A stretch of DNA of 63,866 nucleotides, filler included, from Guillardia theta CCMP2712 (lineage: Eukaryota > Protista > Cryptophyta): NCBI RefSeq assembly GCF_000315625.1. It is 5 parts of 5 records of this genome, joined end to end, with 100 filler letters (N's around TTAATTAATTAA, not from the genome) between each part and the next. Parts side by side here need not be neighbours in the genome. Positions count along the whole stretch, not along the records: positions 30,722 to 54,267 come from NW_005434408.1; 4 more parts are not named here. One strand, given 5' to 3'. This document shows positions 40,238 to 52,492 of this stretch, one piece after another. The first letter of the stretch is position 1. Each line of letters begins with the position of its first letter. The notes below the pieces were generated by a model. It saw nothing but the letters and a program-made list of their open reading frames with translations, was not told the DNA's origin and searched no databases. A program made the translations under genes and the position numbers.

Positions 40238-40687
40238 TCATGCAAGTGTACCTCCACAAGTTCCACATCCACAACCAACAACTCTACACCTCCCACCAAC
40301 TTTCAGCTCACCCAACATATCGGAAGTATTCATCGGCTGAGTCGGTTGCGCATCCGCTGCCGTACCCGACAGGTCACAGTTCTGCGGTCCTGATCCGAAT
40401 GCTCGAAAGAAGTCTCCTGCTTCCTCCGCCGTCATCGCACTCTCTGATATCCCTCCTGCCCCTGGCGAGTTGAAGATTGACCCTCCTCTCAGCCGCATCA
40501 GGAGCTCAGGGGGGCTCCGTTGAACGAGGGCTGGAGGAGGAGGAGGAGGAGAGAAAGGAGGAGGGAGCAAGAAAGAAGCAGCCACTAGCGACTCTCTGCC
40601 TCCTGTTGACGCCAGCATCGCGCTCATCATGACGATCATCGCTAGCTTCCCACGCGCCATGGCCGGTCGCTTTTGGACACCCATCAT
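40238..40687 (-). CDS. 5' part of a gene with a signal peptide, an ASF motif and an RLRGG motif
   Basis: Hydrophobic leader, VAASFLLPPP, then LMRLRGG at 40481-40501; downstream exons unresolved. Confidence 0.5.
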   Translation of the reverse strand: MMGVQKRPAMARGKLAMIVMMSAMLASTGGRESLVAASFLLPPPFSPPPPPPALVQRSPPELLMRLRGGSIFNSPGAGGISESAMTAEEAGDFFRAFGSGPQNCDLSGTAADAQPTQPMNTSDMLGELKVGGRCRVVGCGCGTCGGTLA

Positions 40688-41015
40688 GTGCGGTTACCTT
40701 ATTCACCTGGGCACGTAGTACGCGGCCCGGGGGCCCGGGCCCGGCCGGGGCCGCCCGGCAGTCTGTGACTCAAAAGTAGTAAGTGAAAATTACGATCTTA
40801 ACCACGGGTACCTGCACCCATTAAAAAGGCTCCAGTGTAGGGGTACTACCTCTTGGGGAATAGCCGCACCCCGGTTGCCGGGGACGGTCTACACTACGAG
40901 GACCACCCGTACCTACAAGCTTATCTTTTGGGGTTCTAAGACCACCAGGAGTCCTCGCGGTAGGGTGGGACGCTGGTGGGAAACAGGGGACTGCCGGGTG
41001 CTTTCACGTAGAACA

Positions 41016-42439
41016 ATGCCTTCGCCAGCTGGACAATGTCTGAGTTGGTTCGCCATGCTGGCAGCCTGCGCGGTGACGTATGCGAGCACGAGTGCTCCTG
41101 AGCAGCTTCCTGAGGGAGGGAGAGCGAGTTGGCTCGTCACAAGAAGCATGCCTTCTGGATCTACGGGAAGAAGCTCGCATGAAAAGCAGGTGTGTTTGTG
41201 CATGTACAACTAGTCCACTGACCCCGCGCGCGTTTGCGATCTGTTTTCTGCATGTTTGCAAGTCATCGATTGCTACTTGATGATCGTGCCTTGATCTATC
41301 CTACATTTGACTGCTTATCTTCACTCCTTCCTGCACCATCTGACACCTCCTCTGTCCAGTCCTTGCGCTACCTGGTACAAGGCTCTTGCAACCAGACGTG
41401 CGGAGCCAACGCTGGCACCTGCTGGTGCGACGAAGTTTGCCATAATTTCGGAGACTGTTGTCCGGACAAGTGCCTTTACTGCTTCAACCCCCTGTGCTCA
41501 AACTCCTCCTCCCCTTCCGCCATGGAAAACTCGACTCGTCCTCCGACCGTTCCAGTATGCGGAGACGGTGTAATCTCCGGCTCTGAAGTGTGCGACGACG
41601 GCAACACTGTCGACGGAGACGCGTGCTCTGCTGACTGCTCTGCTGCAAACAACATCATCTACGACTGCTCCGACCCCATCTTCTCCGGCATACAGCTCGA
41701 CTACTCCGTCGACAATCTCCGCAATTGTGAACTCTGCTTCGACGTCGTGTACGGTCAAGGCAACGACGACGCCGACGTCGAGCGGTGCAAGAGCAGAGAG
41801 TACCTTGTGCTTGCTGCCATGCCTCCTGGGCAGTCCTCCAACGTGAGCGGAAGCAATCTAACTGTACTGACGCTCGCCGCCATCTTCAGATCCAGCAACT
41901 TCAACAAGACCACCAGCTACTACGAGGCGGCAGGACCAGAGTTCGGAACGTGGAGGTACTGGGTGGAAGGATGGAGCATGGGCTTTGCTCCATCCAGTCA
42001 GATCTGGTTGAACTCAGCAGACACTTGGGACTCCAATCTTCATCCCGTCAACAAGTCTGAGTCTGACTGCCAGTACAGGCTGAGCTGGCACTGGAAACAA
42101 GGCGGCTGGCGGGCAGGATGTACCACATGGCTCAACGGTGACGAGCAATGGCGCAAGCAGATGTACTCTTGCCCGCAGTCTTGGTCCTGCACGCCGAGGA
42201 AGGAGAAGTGTGTCATGACGGCGACATGGGACGAGATTGTGCATGAGCTCACGACCAGTACGGGCAGATTCGTAGCAGGAGGGCTCGGGCACTTGATGGA
42301 GCAAGGAGTGAGAGAAACGTGGCTGTGCCAGTATGGACACGAGTGTGCTCCTAAGGGAGATGCCATGTGCTTCATGTACAACGAGGAGACGAAGAGCTTC
42401 GAGGTGTGGGACCTCCTCTCCGTGTTGAAGCTTTTGTGA
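41016..42439 (+). CDS. Secreted Cys-rich protein with a somatomedin-B domain and a CGDG (myxococcal-type/DUF4215) Cys-rich repeat
   Basis: Exon 1 41016-41189 (signal peptide), phase-0 GT-AG intron 41190-41359, exon 2 with SCNQTCG...CWCDEVCHNFGDCCPD and VCGDGVISGSEVCDDGNTVDGDACSADC. Confidence 0.8.
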
Positions 42440-43629
42440 TGACCGCGCGGAAGTGAAGGTCATGTTTGTCTTCCCGTCTTGTTGGTTCTGGTGACTTTGT
42501 ATGTGTGCTTTTGTGTGTGTAAAACCGATCGGCTTTGCTGTAGGAGAATTTCCTGTTGATGATATTGACATTTCTGATCCTTGGATTTTGTGATCAAGAT
42601 TGCAAACTAATACAAATATCAAACAAACTTGACTTACACATTTTCAAAGAACACTTGGGAAACTGATTTTCATGGACAGAATATGTTGATTCAGCATAGA
42701 TTCCCAAAACGAATAAAATACACTTCCACGAGTTTCATTCCAAGTGTGTGACAAAATGAATCAAATAGATTGTCATGGAGATTTATTCCAAATGGTGTTA
42801 CAAGATGATATCTTCAGTACTAAAGTACATAGAAATACATGCTCGCACGGAGCTGAACATCAATATGTGAGTGTATTTTACAGTTGTTCCATCTCGCCAG
42901 TTGCGCTGACGTATGTTTGTTTGTTCATGATCATCTGCATAGCAGACTGCAAGCATCTCAGCTGCTTCTCCCTTGATGGGTATGCACACGAGTGCTCGTT
43001 TCTGAGCCGGGCACAGATTTCGAGATCGTTCAAGTCCTTGGAAATGCAGGAGATGCCTCGGACTTGCTTATTTGGGTGGTTCGCCATGTCGGGAGGAGAG
43101 GATGGGAATCAGAGTAGAACGGAGCAGATGGTCTTTGACGTCACGACCTTGTTCGAGGAGGGGGGCGCTGGGGAGGGAGAGCGTGAGGAAGGGAGGCAAT
43201 GAGGGAACAATTGAAGGAGATGCCGGCTTTGTAGGGAGTGGACTGACCGTGACATATTTCGAAAAAGCTTCTTTTCGAAAGAAAGTGATTTATTTGACCA
43301 CTTTGACCGGTAACCCCTTGATAAAATTACCGAAAGGATGTCTTTTGAAATTGCTCAGGGACGTAGCTCCAATATGAAATCGGATTTTATCGTGTTTGCA
43401 CGGGCAGTCGCATCAGGAGTCAAAAGGTGTCGCGCCACGTCCTTGGGTCTACCTCGAACATCTCTTAAGTCTGGCACTAATTGAAGACGTGGATGCTGGT
43501 ACCCTTGTGCTTGCGACCCTCGGGCACTGATACACTTCGATCAGACTGTCTTTACTCAAGCTTTATGGCGAGCAACAACACTTGACTGACATTCGCACGG
43601 TACAACTTGGTACCGATTAATTTCACTCA

Positions 43630-44470
43630 ATATCACCGCCCGGCCGTCGCTGAGCTCAGCGGCTGTGACGGTACATGGCCGCCCGGCCGGCCGGCCCATG
43701 GCAACCCGGGCCCCGAGTGACTAGGAGTTTTAGTAGTGAAGTTCAATCTGGCACGGTCAGGGTCAAGCTTGTACTCTTTACTCAAAATTAAGTTAAAGAT
43801 GAGTACGAGGACAATCAGGAGACTCCCGCTCCCTAGTCTTTTACTAGGTACGGTCTTTTACTAGCCTCAGGCGTACCGTGACGGCCGATTCAGTCGGAGG
43901 CTAGGCGCCCTCGGCCGCTTGTCACCGCCGTTACGACGCGGGGTACGGCCGTACCGGGAACTTCGGAAGTTCCGGAATTCAGTCACTGTCACAGGACTAC
44001 GGTACCGTGACACTGATTTTTGACTTAACTTTTGTTCAGTAAAGACCGTGTTTACTACTATAATCACCCTGGGCCGCCGGCCGGGCCGGCCGCCGCCGGG
44101 CAAGTCCGGTCACTGGCACGCCATGACGGTAGAGCCTGCAGTGCCCGGCCCCGGGCCGCGGCCGCCCGGCTGGGCCGTTCAACAACCCGGTGACCGTTGA
44201 ACATGCCGGGCAACCCGGCGTAATCGCGGCGCGGCGGGCGGCCGCGCCCGCGCCGCCGCGCCGGGCGCCGCCCGGCCGTCCGATCGGCCCGAGTCAGACT
44301 CGAGATCAGATCCCGGCCCGGTCGGACCCGAGTACTAGCCCGGCGCTGAGCGGCCGCCCGGCCCCCGGCCGGCATTACTATGATGGGCCTGTGTCACACT
44401 GGCACAGTAGTATCATGATCGACGGTACAGGCTACATTACTCTGATGTGACCGGCTACTTGAAAAGCCTT
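43630..44470. repeat. GC-rich, short-palindrome-dense intergenic DNA with a ~40-bp dispersed subrepeat
   Basis: TTTACTCAAA(A/G)TTAAGT(T/C)AAAGAT at ~43777 and ~44499, inverted copy with an insertion at ~44012-44045; similar texture at 37920-38240, 40720-40770 and 49900-50685. Confidence 0.6.
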
Positions 44471-44699
44471 TCAACACAGTGCTCAGTCCAAACTGACTTT
44501 TACTCAAAGTTAAGTCAAAGATCAGCACGAGGACGATATAGAGGAAGAGTAGGCCCGGTAAAACTTGTTTTCGGAGGGTAAAACAAAGTGACGGTTTTGA
44601 AAACCGTTTCAACGGCTGTCAAATCCGGCAGCGAGTTTCGTTCGGGTCATTGAGGACGGCAACTTCAGGATGTGGCTGGGAGACTGGCAACGTGGCACC

Positions 44700-44995
44700 A
44701 GCGGAGTACCTTAACGTACGGTCTTAGTTGAACTCCCTTCTTACAGTGACTAGCCGCGGACTCGTACATTAGCTGAGCGTCTTACTTGAGCTCCCTTCTT
44801 ACCGTACAGTGACTAGCGGAGTACCTTAACGTACGGTCTTCAAGTACTTGAACTCCCTTCTTACTGAGTGACTAGCGGAGGGCCTTAGCGTCTTACTTGA
44901 GCTCCCTTCCGATTACAGTGACTAACGGAGTACCTTAGCGTCTTACTTGCAGGGAGCTCCCTTCTTACAGTGACTAGCTGAGGTCCTTTACCGTC
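44700..44995. repeat. 47-bp minisatellite, 5 full copies plus a partial sixth
   Basis: Consensus AGCGGAGTACCTTAGCGTCTTACTTGAGCTCCCTTCTTACAGTGACT with 2-5 nt insertions in individual copies. Confidence 0.9.
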
Positions 44996-45223
44996 GGTCT
45001 ACCTGCACGGATACCCCGATGCTCTGGCAGTGATCGGCATGATGGCCCTTTAGGGTTCGGCTTTCATCGGCTTTCATGAACTTTCAGTGGAAGAGTGGGA
45101 TCCGATAGCAGCTTTGTACAAGCAGTTTGCTGAGAGCCTGTTAAGAGAGGGAGGTGGTTCCACACCCAGGAGGCCGACAGGAGGGGAAAGGAGAGAAGGA
45201 GTAAGGAAGAAACTTGGAAAAGA

Positions 45224-45301
<78 letters not shown>
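45224..45301. repeat. (GGCA)n microsatellite, probably intronic
   Basis: Seen directly, follows a GTAAGG donor-like site. Confidence 0.9.
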
Positions 45302-47224
45302 AACATTCTACTGTTGGGTGGTACAGTGACTCTGAGCCTCAGATCGAGGAGGAGGCAGTGAGGGAGGGGCGGGGATTGAAAGTTTTTGTCAGGGTGATGA
45401 CAGTGTGAGAAACCAACGAACATCCAGTCTCGAGCATCTGCCGCGGTACTTCGCAGTCCATGGCGAAGAAGAAAAGTTTGCACCGAGCACACCAGCAGCA
45501 GCGGTCAAACGCCAAGGAAAGCCTTGCAAGGGATGGGAGCGCATTGCTGAGGTGGTTTGCAGGCTGACAAGAAGCAGGACAAGCTGAAGCTACATGTCAA
45601 GGCAGCTGGTGCTGCCGTGCTGAAGAAGAGCGGGGCACAAGGGGCAAGAGAGACTGAGCAGAGTGAGCACGATGAAGAAGGAAAGGCCGACCCCCCCGCC
45701 AAGTCTCCTACTTCAAGAGTGATCCTCCTCCTCCTCCTCCTCCTCCTCCTCCTTCTCGTCCTCCTCCTCGTCCTCCTCCTCCACCACCACCTCCTCGTCC
45801 TCCTCGTCCTCCTCGTCCTCCTCTTCACCGCCTCCACCACCACAGCAACCACCCCCACCACCAACTCCTCCTCCTCCTCCAATGTCTCTGAGGGTGTGCC
45901 AGGGCCTGGGCTGGTTCTCAAGACATCCTGTCTTCGCGCCCAACGGCCTCATCGCTGGTCCTGTCGGCACCTCAGGGCGGGTCACGTGACTGACATGGGA
46001 CGGCAGCCGTTGAGTCAGCGAAGCTCCGCTCGATCCATGCGCACAAGAACAAAGTCGGAGCATTTCAAGTCCCCAGCACGACCAGAGCTGACGAGCATGC
46101 CAGGTTTCTCAGCTCCCACCTGAGAAGCTGGTGGAGATCGAGAACCTCAAGGTTTACTACCAGGATCTCTCCCTCATCCACGAGCAGGTACGAAGCGTAC
46201 TTGCCTGCTCCCTTGCTGCCCCGGGTCATCCTCCGCATCTCATCAGACATTTCGGCGGAAGAGCTCCACTATCCTACCAGCGGGCATGGTAAGAGACCTG
46301 GCGGTCAGGGACCGTTCCCGATATCTTTTGACGGTTTATTCTTGTCAAAGGAGAATCAAGAAATCTTAACGGCCGTCAAATCTGAGGCCCAGGAATCAAT
46401 CTTCGAGAAGGCCATGAGGGAGTACGAGGAGGCGAACAGGAAGCTCAATCATCTGCGAGTGAGGTAAAAGAAAATTTCTCCTCGCTCCTCGCTCCCTCTT
46501 TCAGCTTCCTTCCTTGGACGTGATTGGCAAATGTTCCAGCCTCGTTAACCGCCCTCCCCATCGCGTCTGCTCCGTCGTCACCAACAGGCAGTCTATCCCT
46601 CCCGACTTGTGCCGCAGCGGTTGATGTTGTTCTTGTGCAGGCTGGGAGCTGATCTTGAGTCTGTAAGCTACAGGAGGAGAGGAGGAGGAGGAGGAGGAGG
46701 AGGAGGAGGAGGAGGAGCCAAGAGACGGTGAGAAGCTGAGAATTTGGAAGGTCAAGACTCTGTACAACAAAGCCAGGAGCGAGGCTTGTCGAGGTGAACT
46801 GACCAGCTCGTCCCCACCTGAGCCATGGCACGTGACCTTGTCATCGTAGATGTCATCGAGTCTCTTGGGCTACGGAGCTTACAGGTTCAAGGAAGCGACA
46901 CGACTTCCTCCCCTCCCAACTCCCTCTCGCCATGTCCTGATGCCGCTTGCAGGAGCATGAAGCTGAGCCCCAGGGCCTGGACGTCGCTGCCCCCTCGTCC
47001 ACCCTTAGCTCTACAGCCCCTGCCTATGGATGACTGTACATGAAGACCCCCTCACTCGATCTTGAACGTAACCTTTCTCCTCTCGCGAGTCTCGACGGCC
47101 TCCTGGCCGCCCTTAGCCAGGTCCTTCGCCAGCACGGGCTCAGAAGCGGAAGGGCGAGCAGCGGAGAGGGGTGTACCCCGCGATCTTCCTTCCTTGGAGA
47201 GGGCTGGAGGGTCAAGAATCACTG

Positions 47225-47815
47225 TCAGAGACGACAATGAGGAGGAGGATGTGCATGGTAGAGGCATTGTACCGCACCTGTCTGAACTGAGTCCGGGATC
47301 AAGGAGGAGAGGGTCTTGGGGATCAGCTCTTCAATGTTTGCCAGCTGCTGTTGCGCCAACTTCTCCCATCCAACATCCCCGGCCTCCTTCCTGTGAGGTT
47401 GTCCGGAAGCGATCCTGATGGAGCTCAACCAGCTGTCTGCCTCCAACAGGATCCGCCTGGGATCCTTGATGGAGCTCTTGGACATGTGCTTCCAAGAACC
47501 GTTCATCCGAAGCTTCGCAAACCTGTGCGCTGGCTCTGACTTGTTCGTCGTGACCGACCCTGGAGAGTCCAGCATGCCTGGCATGGTAAGAGACTCTTTG
47601 CCGCTGGTACTGAGAGAGATGTCGCCGGCAGAGTGTATCCGGTTCAATCTCGGAGCTCTCTCTGCTGACTTGTTGCGATCTACCCTCTCCATGTTGTCGA
47701 CTGAGTTCTTACGGCTCAGCTTGATGATATTGTCTGCTGAATTGATCCGGCTCATCCTTGATAGCTGGTCGGCAGAGAGGACTCGTGACTCCCTTGGAGA
47801 TCGCGGGGATTCCAT
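47225..47815 (-). CDS. Exon of a hypothetical Ser/Arg-rich host protein
   Basis: ~200-codon non-repetitive frame with repeated RxxS motifs; other exons unresolved. Confidence 0.5.
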   Translation of the reverse strand: MESPRSPRESRVLSADQLSRMSRINSADNIIKLSRKNSVDNMERVDRNKSAERAPRLNRIHSAGDISLSTSGKESLTMPGMLDSPGSVTTNKSEPAHRFAKLRMNGSWKHMSKSSIKDPRRILLEADSWLSSIRIASGQPHRKEAGDVGWEKLAQQQLANIEELIPKTLSSLIPDSVQTGAVQCLYHAHPPPHCRL

Positions 47816-48799
47816 GGTTTCACACACAAGTGCTCGTGTACAATCTCATACACTCTGTTGCGAATGGAGATGCTCTTGTACGAGGAGGTCAGCAGAGCGT
47901 TCTAACAGGAAGGAGATTCTTTATCCTCACTGTCTCGCCTTCTCCTAGCATGTTCCAACCTCACCGTCATCAGTACCTGCGTCAATGATCACAATCTTCG
48001 CCTAGCCCATGGACTCTCCGCCACAATCTTAGGAGGGATGTGAGACAATCCTGACATGATCGGTCTGAAGACACTCTAAGAGCTCACGATTTATATGAGA
48101 TGAAGGAAAGTAAACAAGGTGCAGCCACTGGCAGAAAAGAGAACAGACACACGTTGTAGTAACGATAAGACTGATGTGATGGTCTCAGAGAGTTTAGCCG
48201 AGGATTTCAATATCATCATCTGCATCATCAATTTCTTCTTTCTATTCGTTCTCCTGCTGCCCATTGCACTAAAAGTTTTCACCCTTGCTATATATCTCGT
48301 AAACAGGCAAGAACAACAAGGCATGGAGGAGTTTGCAGAGGATCGAGACATGTAGTCAAATAAAAAACAAGGAGACTGGGGCTGCAAAAGGAGAGGGGAG
48401 GCGAGGATCGCAGAGCAGAGCAGAGGACTGATAGGAGAGAAGAGCTGAAGAGAGAAGGACACTGAGAAGTTGTGAGGAGAGGAGGGAGGGGAGAGGAGAG
48501 ATGAGCAGAGCAGAGCAGAGCAGAGCAGAGCAGAGCAGAGCAGAGCAGAGCAGAGCAGAGCAGAGCAGGGCAGGGCAGGGCAGAGCAGGGCAGAGGATAT
48601 GAGAGCAGAGGACATGAGAGCAGAGCAGAGCAGAGCAGAGCAGAGCTGAGCTGAGCTGAGAACATGAGAGCAGTTTAGAGCAGAGCAGAGCAGAAGCAAG
48701 GAGAGGAGAAGGAGAGGAGAGGAGAGGAGAGGAGAGGAGAGGAGATCATCGGATGAACGGGTAAGAGCAGGAAGAGCAGAAAGGGTTTTCGAGGCAAGA

Positions 48800-49900
48800 A
48801 GTTTTTGTGGGGTCCTACTCACAGTTTGCAGGCCCGGGGACGGGGGTGGGGTGGCATTTGCTGATATTGTACCGTACCCTGGGAAAGGTGGGTGGGGTAG
48901 CACAATTTTGCCAATCCTATTACAGGAGACCGTGCGGTAGTCTGAAAGGAGGGGGTGATCAATGTGAAATGGAGGGGTGCAATCTCAAGTCCGAAGTGAG
49001 TCGGATCGATTGTAAGGGGTAGGGTTACTGTACTGTCACGTGGAGGGGGTGTGCAAAGAGGGTACACGGTACCGTACCCCTCGCTTTCGCCCCGTTTGCA
49101 GGTACTTGGGGTGGTACACTGTGACACCCAGGGGGTGGGGTAGGCTGTCTCAACTTCGAACAAGTCGTTCCGAGGGACTTTATTCTAGTAGGCCCGGAAT
49201 TGCCGCGAGGGGAGGGGTGGGTGGGGTGGGGTAGAGGGTGGAGGGGGTACTAGAGTCGCATCGCCGGGTTTGTTTGGGAGGGGTACACTGATGCTCCCCT
49301 GCTTGCAGTAAAGTACCAGTCAATGACTACGGGTGGTCGAATGAGTGTCTGATCTCGGCATCCGAGACTCCTGTGAAAGGGAAAGCTGGGGGTGGGTGGT
49401 CCGGGTCTGACTGACCCCCAGGATTTTAGGGTGAGGTCATCATTCAGTACCCCTCCCTCCTTTCCCACAAGCTCAAGGCCCCCGTGTACTCAAGGAGAGG
49501 GTGGTGAGGGTACGGTAGTTCCGATTGTCGACATGAAGTGACCACCGGTGGTCCTCACTGCCAGTGTGGTACAGATCAGTAAAGTTGTAGGGGAGGGGTG
49601 GACCGGTCCTGAAAAAAAGGTTATAAATAATAATTCGTATTTGTTGGCCCGGCCTCCAAGGTGCTTTCAGGGTGCAAGTACCCGGGTCCTTCGGGCATCT
49701 CTTGAATTCGGTGAGGGGTGGGGTGGGTGGGGTGGGTCCGAAGTTCGAACTGGCGGGATCGGATGCCTCTTCATTGTGAAAGGAAATGGTCAGGTGAACT
49801 CCACCACCCCTACCACCCCTTTTTATTCCGGGATAGGGTTAACAGCTGAGGGGGTGGGTATCTCTTCAAGGCTTATTTTTCGTGACTCTCGGTAATGGCT
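48800..49900. repeat. GGGGTGGGGT/GGTAC-rich non-coding tract, probably a dispersed host repeat family
   Basis: Same texture in the opposite orientation at ~33230-33500 and ~63420-63610. Confidence 0.5.
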
Positions 49901-51699
49901 CAGGGCGGATGACCGTACTGTGGACTCGGCGGGGCGGGCCTGGCGAAACTTGGCCCGTTCCGAGGGTCTCAATCTGAGTCACCGTGGCCGGGCCGGGCCG
50001 CCAGTACGGTGAGTGACTTGCCAATCTGGCATCCGATGATCACTCCGGCGCCGGGAGTCAGGAGTCGCCGGGGCGGCCGGATCCGATCATCGGAGATCTC
50101 AGGCACTGAGTGTCTGGCCGGGCCGGCGCCGGCGGCCGCCGGCCAGCCCGGGACTGCCCGGGCCGGACTCCGGGAACTTGTGACGAGTCCCGCGCTTCGT
50201 CGGAAGTTCGCCGGGCTCAAGCCTGTAAGAACTCAGTAGCCTGTTACTGACTACTAGTAGTCACGTAGTGACGGCGGTTCTGCCATGATGCCCGGCCACT
50301 GAAACCGGGACTCATCATATCGAAATCCGACACGCTCGGACTCACCGTTCTCAGCAGCCCGGCCAATGATGATGAACTTCCGAAACCGTGTCAGGCTTCC
50401 TGGACTCACTGAGTCACGCCCGGATCCGGGAGTCAGCCGCGCCGCATGCGGTTCAGTTCTCCGAGTGCCCGCACGCGGCGGCGTGACTGTCACTGCCACG
50501 GACCGTGTGACTCACTCCGCGGCTGGCAATTACTCAGCCGGGCATCAGTACTTCAAGCCCAGGTCGCCGCCCGGGGCCCATAGGGTGGGAGTCGGGACTC
50601 ACTCAGTCCGATCAGTGATCGCCGATCGGACTGAGTCACACGGTCCCGCGGCGCCGGGCCGGGCCTGCCAGCCGCCGGCGGCAACNNNNNNNNNNNNNNN
50701 NNNNNNNNNNNNNNNNNNNNNNNNNNNNNNNNNNNNNNNNNNNNNNNNNNNNNNNNNNNNNNNNNNNNNNNNNNNNNNNNNNNNNTGCTTCTTCCTCCGT
50801 CTCCCAATCCTTGCCCTCCCTTCACCTACCTTCTTCCTTCTTCCACTCCCTCTCCCCCTCCCGCTACTTCCTGCCACTCCCCCCAACTTCCCTCCCCGTC
50901 CCTCAAGAGTATGCTAGAATCCATCCCTTTCCACCTACCCGCTGCAGCCTCTGTTCCTTCTTGTCATGCTCATGTTGACGGGCAGGCATGGGCTCGGCTT
51001 CGTCCCTTCAGCGGGAGCGATGATGCCAAGCAGTAGGCAAACTCAGATCCAACATTGCCATGCTGACCCATCTTTCTCCTCTTTCTCCTCTTCCTCTTTC
51101 TCCTCCTCTTCCTACTCTTCCTCCTCTTCCTCCTCTTCCTCCTCTTCTTCCTCCTCTCTCTCCTCCTTGTCCTTGTCCTTGTCCTTGTCCTTGTCCTTGT
51201 CCTTGTCCTTGTCCATGTCCTCTTCATCTGTCGCTTCGCTCTCCCCTAATCCATCCATCCACCCATCCTCCTTCATTCCCTCATCCTGCTCCATTCTCTG
51301 CCTCCTTCCCGCTCCCCTCCCTTCCTCCTCCCCTCTCTCCCTCTTTGCAGCCGTCAGCAGGCAGAGGACCAGCACGGAAGGGGCGGGACCATGATCTCGC
51401 AGACGCCTGCGACGGAGAGGCTGGAAACAGCGCAGGTCAAGGAGGTAAGAAGTGACTGGTCACTTCAACATCCGTGATCGGAGGAGCAGGCGGAAGGAAA
51501 AGCAGGCACCCTGATCATCTGGGGCGATGGGTGGGAGGAGGAGGAAGACTGTGAGTTGCCGAAGTTCTTCCAGAGGATGACGAAGGATGTGAGTAGCGGA
51601 AGGTGACAGGGGTCCAGCTGAAGTTGGAGCTGGGCAGGTCGAGGAGCTGAAGGACATCAGGCTCGAGGAGGAGGAGGAGGAGGAGAAGGACGGAGAGGG

Positions 51700-52108
51700 G
51701 GGGAGAGCTCAGCACCGCGGCGCCCCAACCCGCTGTTCCTCCCGAGGATCGCCAAGGACTGCGAAGGGAGGAAGCTGCTCAACGTAAGCGGAGGGTTCGG
51801 GCAGATCGTAGTGATCACGGAGGAGGGGACGATCTTGCACAGTGGGAGGAGCAACCTTGGTGTTTCTGCGGTGACTTCCAAAGACATCTGCTGCGTCATC
51901 GAGCTGAGAAGCGTCACAGGTACAGCTGGAAGAGAGGATCCAGCAGGTGGCCAGTGGAAGCCAGCACACCCTCCTTCTCTCCTCGGAGGGAGTGCTCTTG
52001 TCAGGGGGGCAGAACACCTACGGGCAGCTCGGTACATGCTGGGCCCGTAGATGACAACCTCACGTTGTGGCAGGGTATCCGGGGGAAGCGGGAGCGGGAG
52101 CGGGAGCG

Positions 52109-52175
<67 letters not shown>

Positions 52176-52416
52176 CCGGGGTTCCACGGGTGATCCCTTC
52201 CCTGAGGGACAGGAGAGTGACCATGATGGCGTGCGGGGAGTATCACTCCGTGTGCCTGACGGAGGAAGGCGACATGTACGCGTGGGGAAGGGGATCCGAC
52301 GGTCAGCTGGGGCTGGGGAGGATGGAGAGCTCTCCTGTGCCAAGGTAGGAGGAGGAGGAGGAGGAGGAGGAGGAGGAGGAGGAGGAGGAGGAGGAGGAGG
52401 AGGAGGAGGATACTAA

Positions 52417-52492
<76 letters not shown>

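Noticed and set aside
44700-44995. CRISPR-like array
   Set aside because: Units are head-to-tail with no unique spacers and there are no cas genes; it is a minisatellite.
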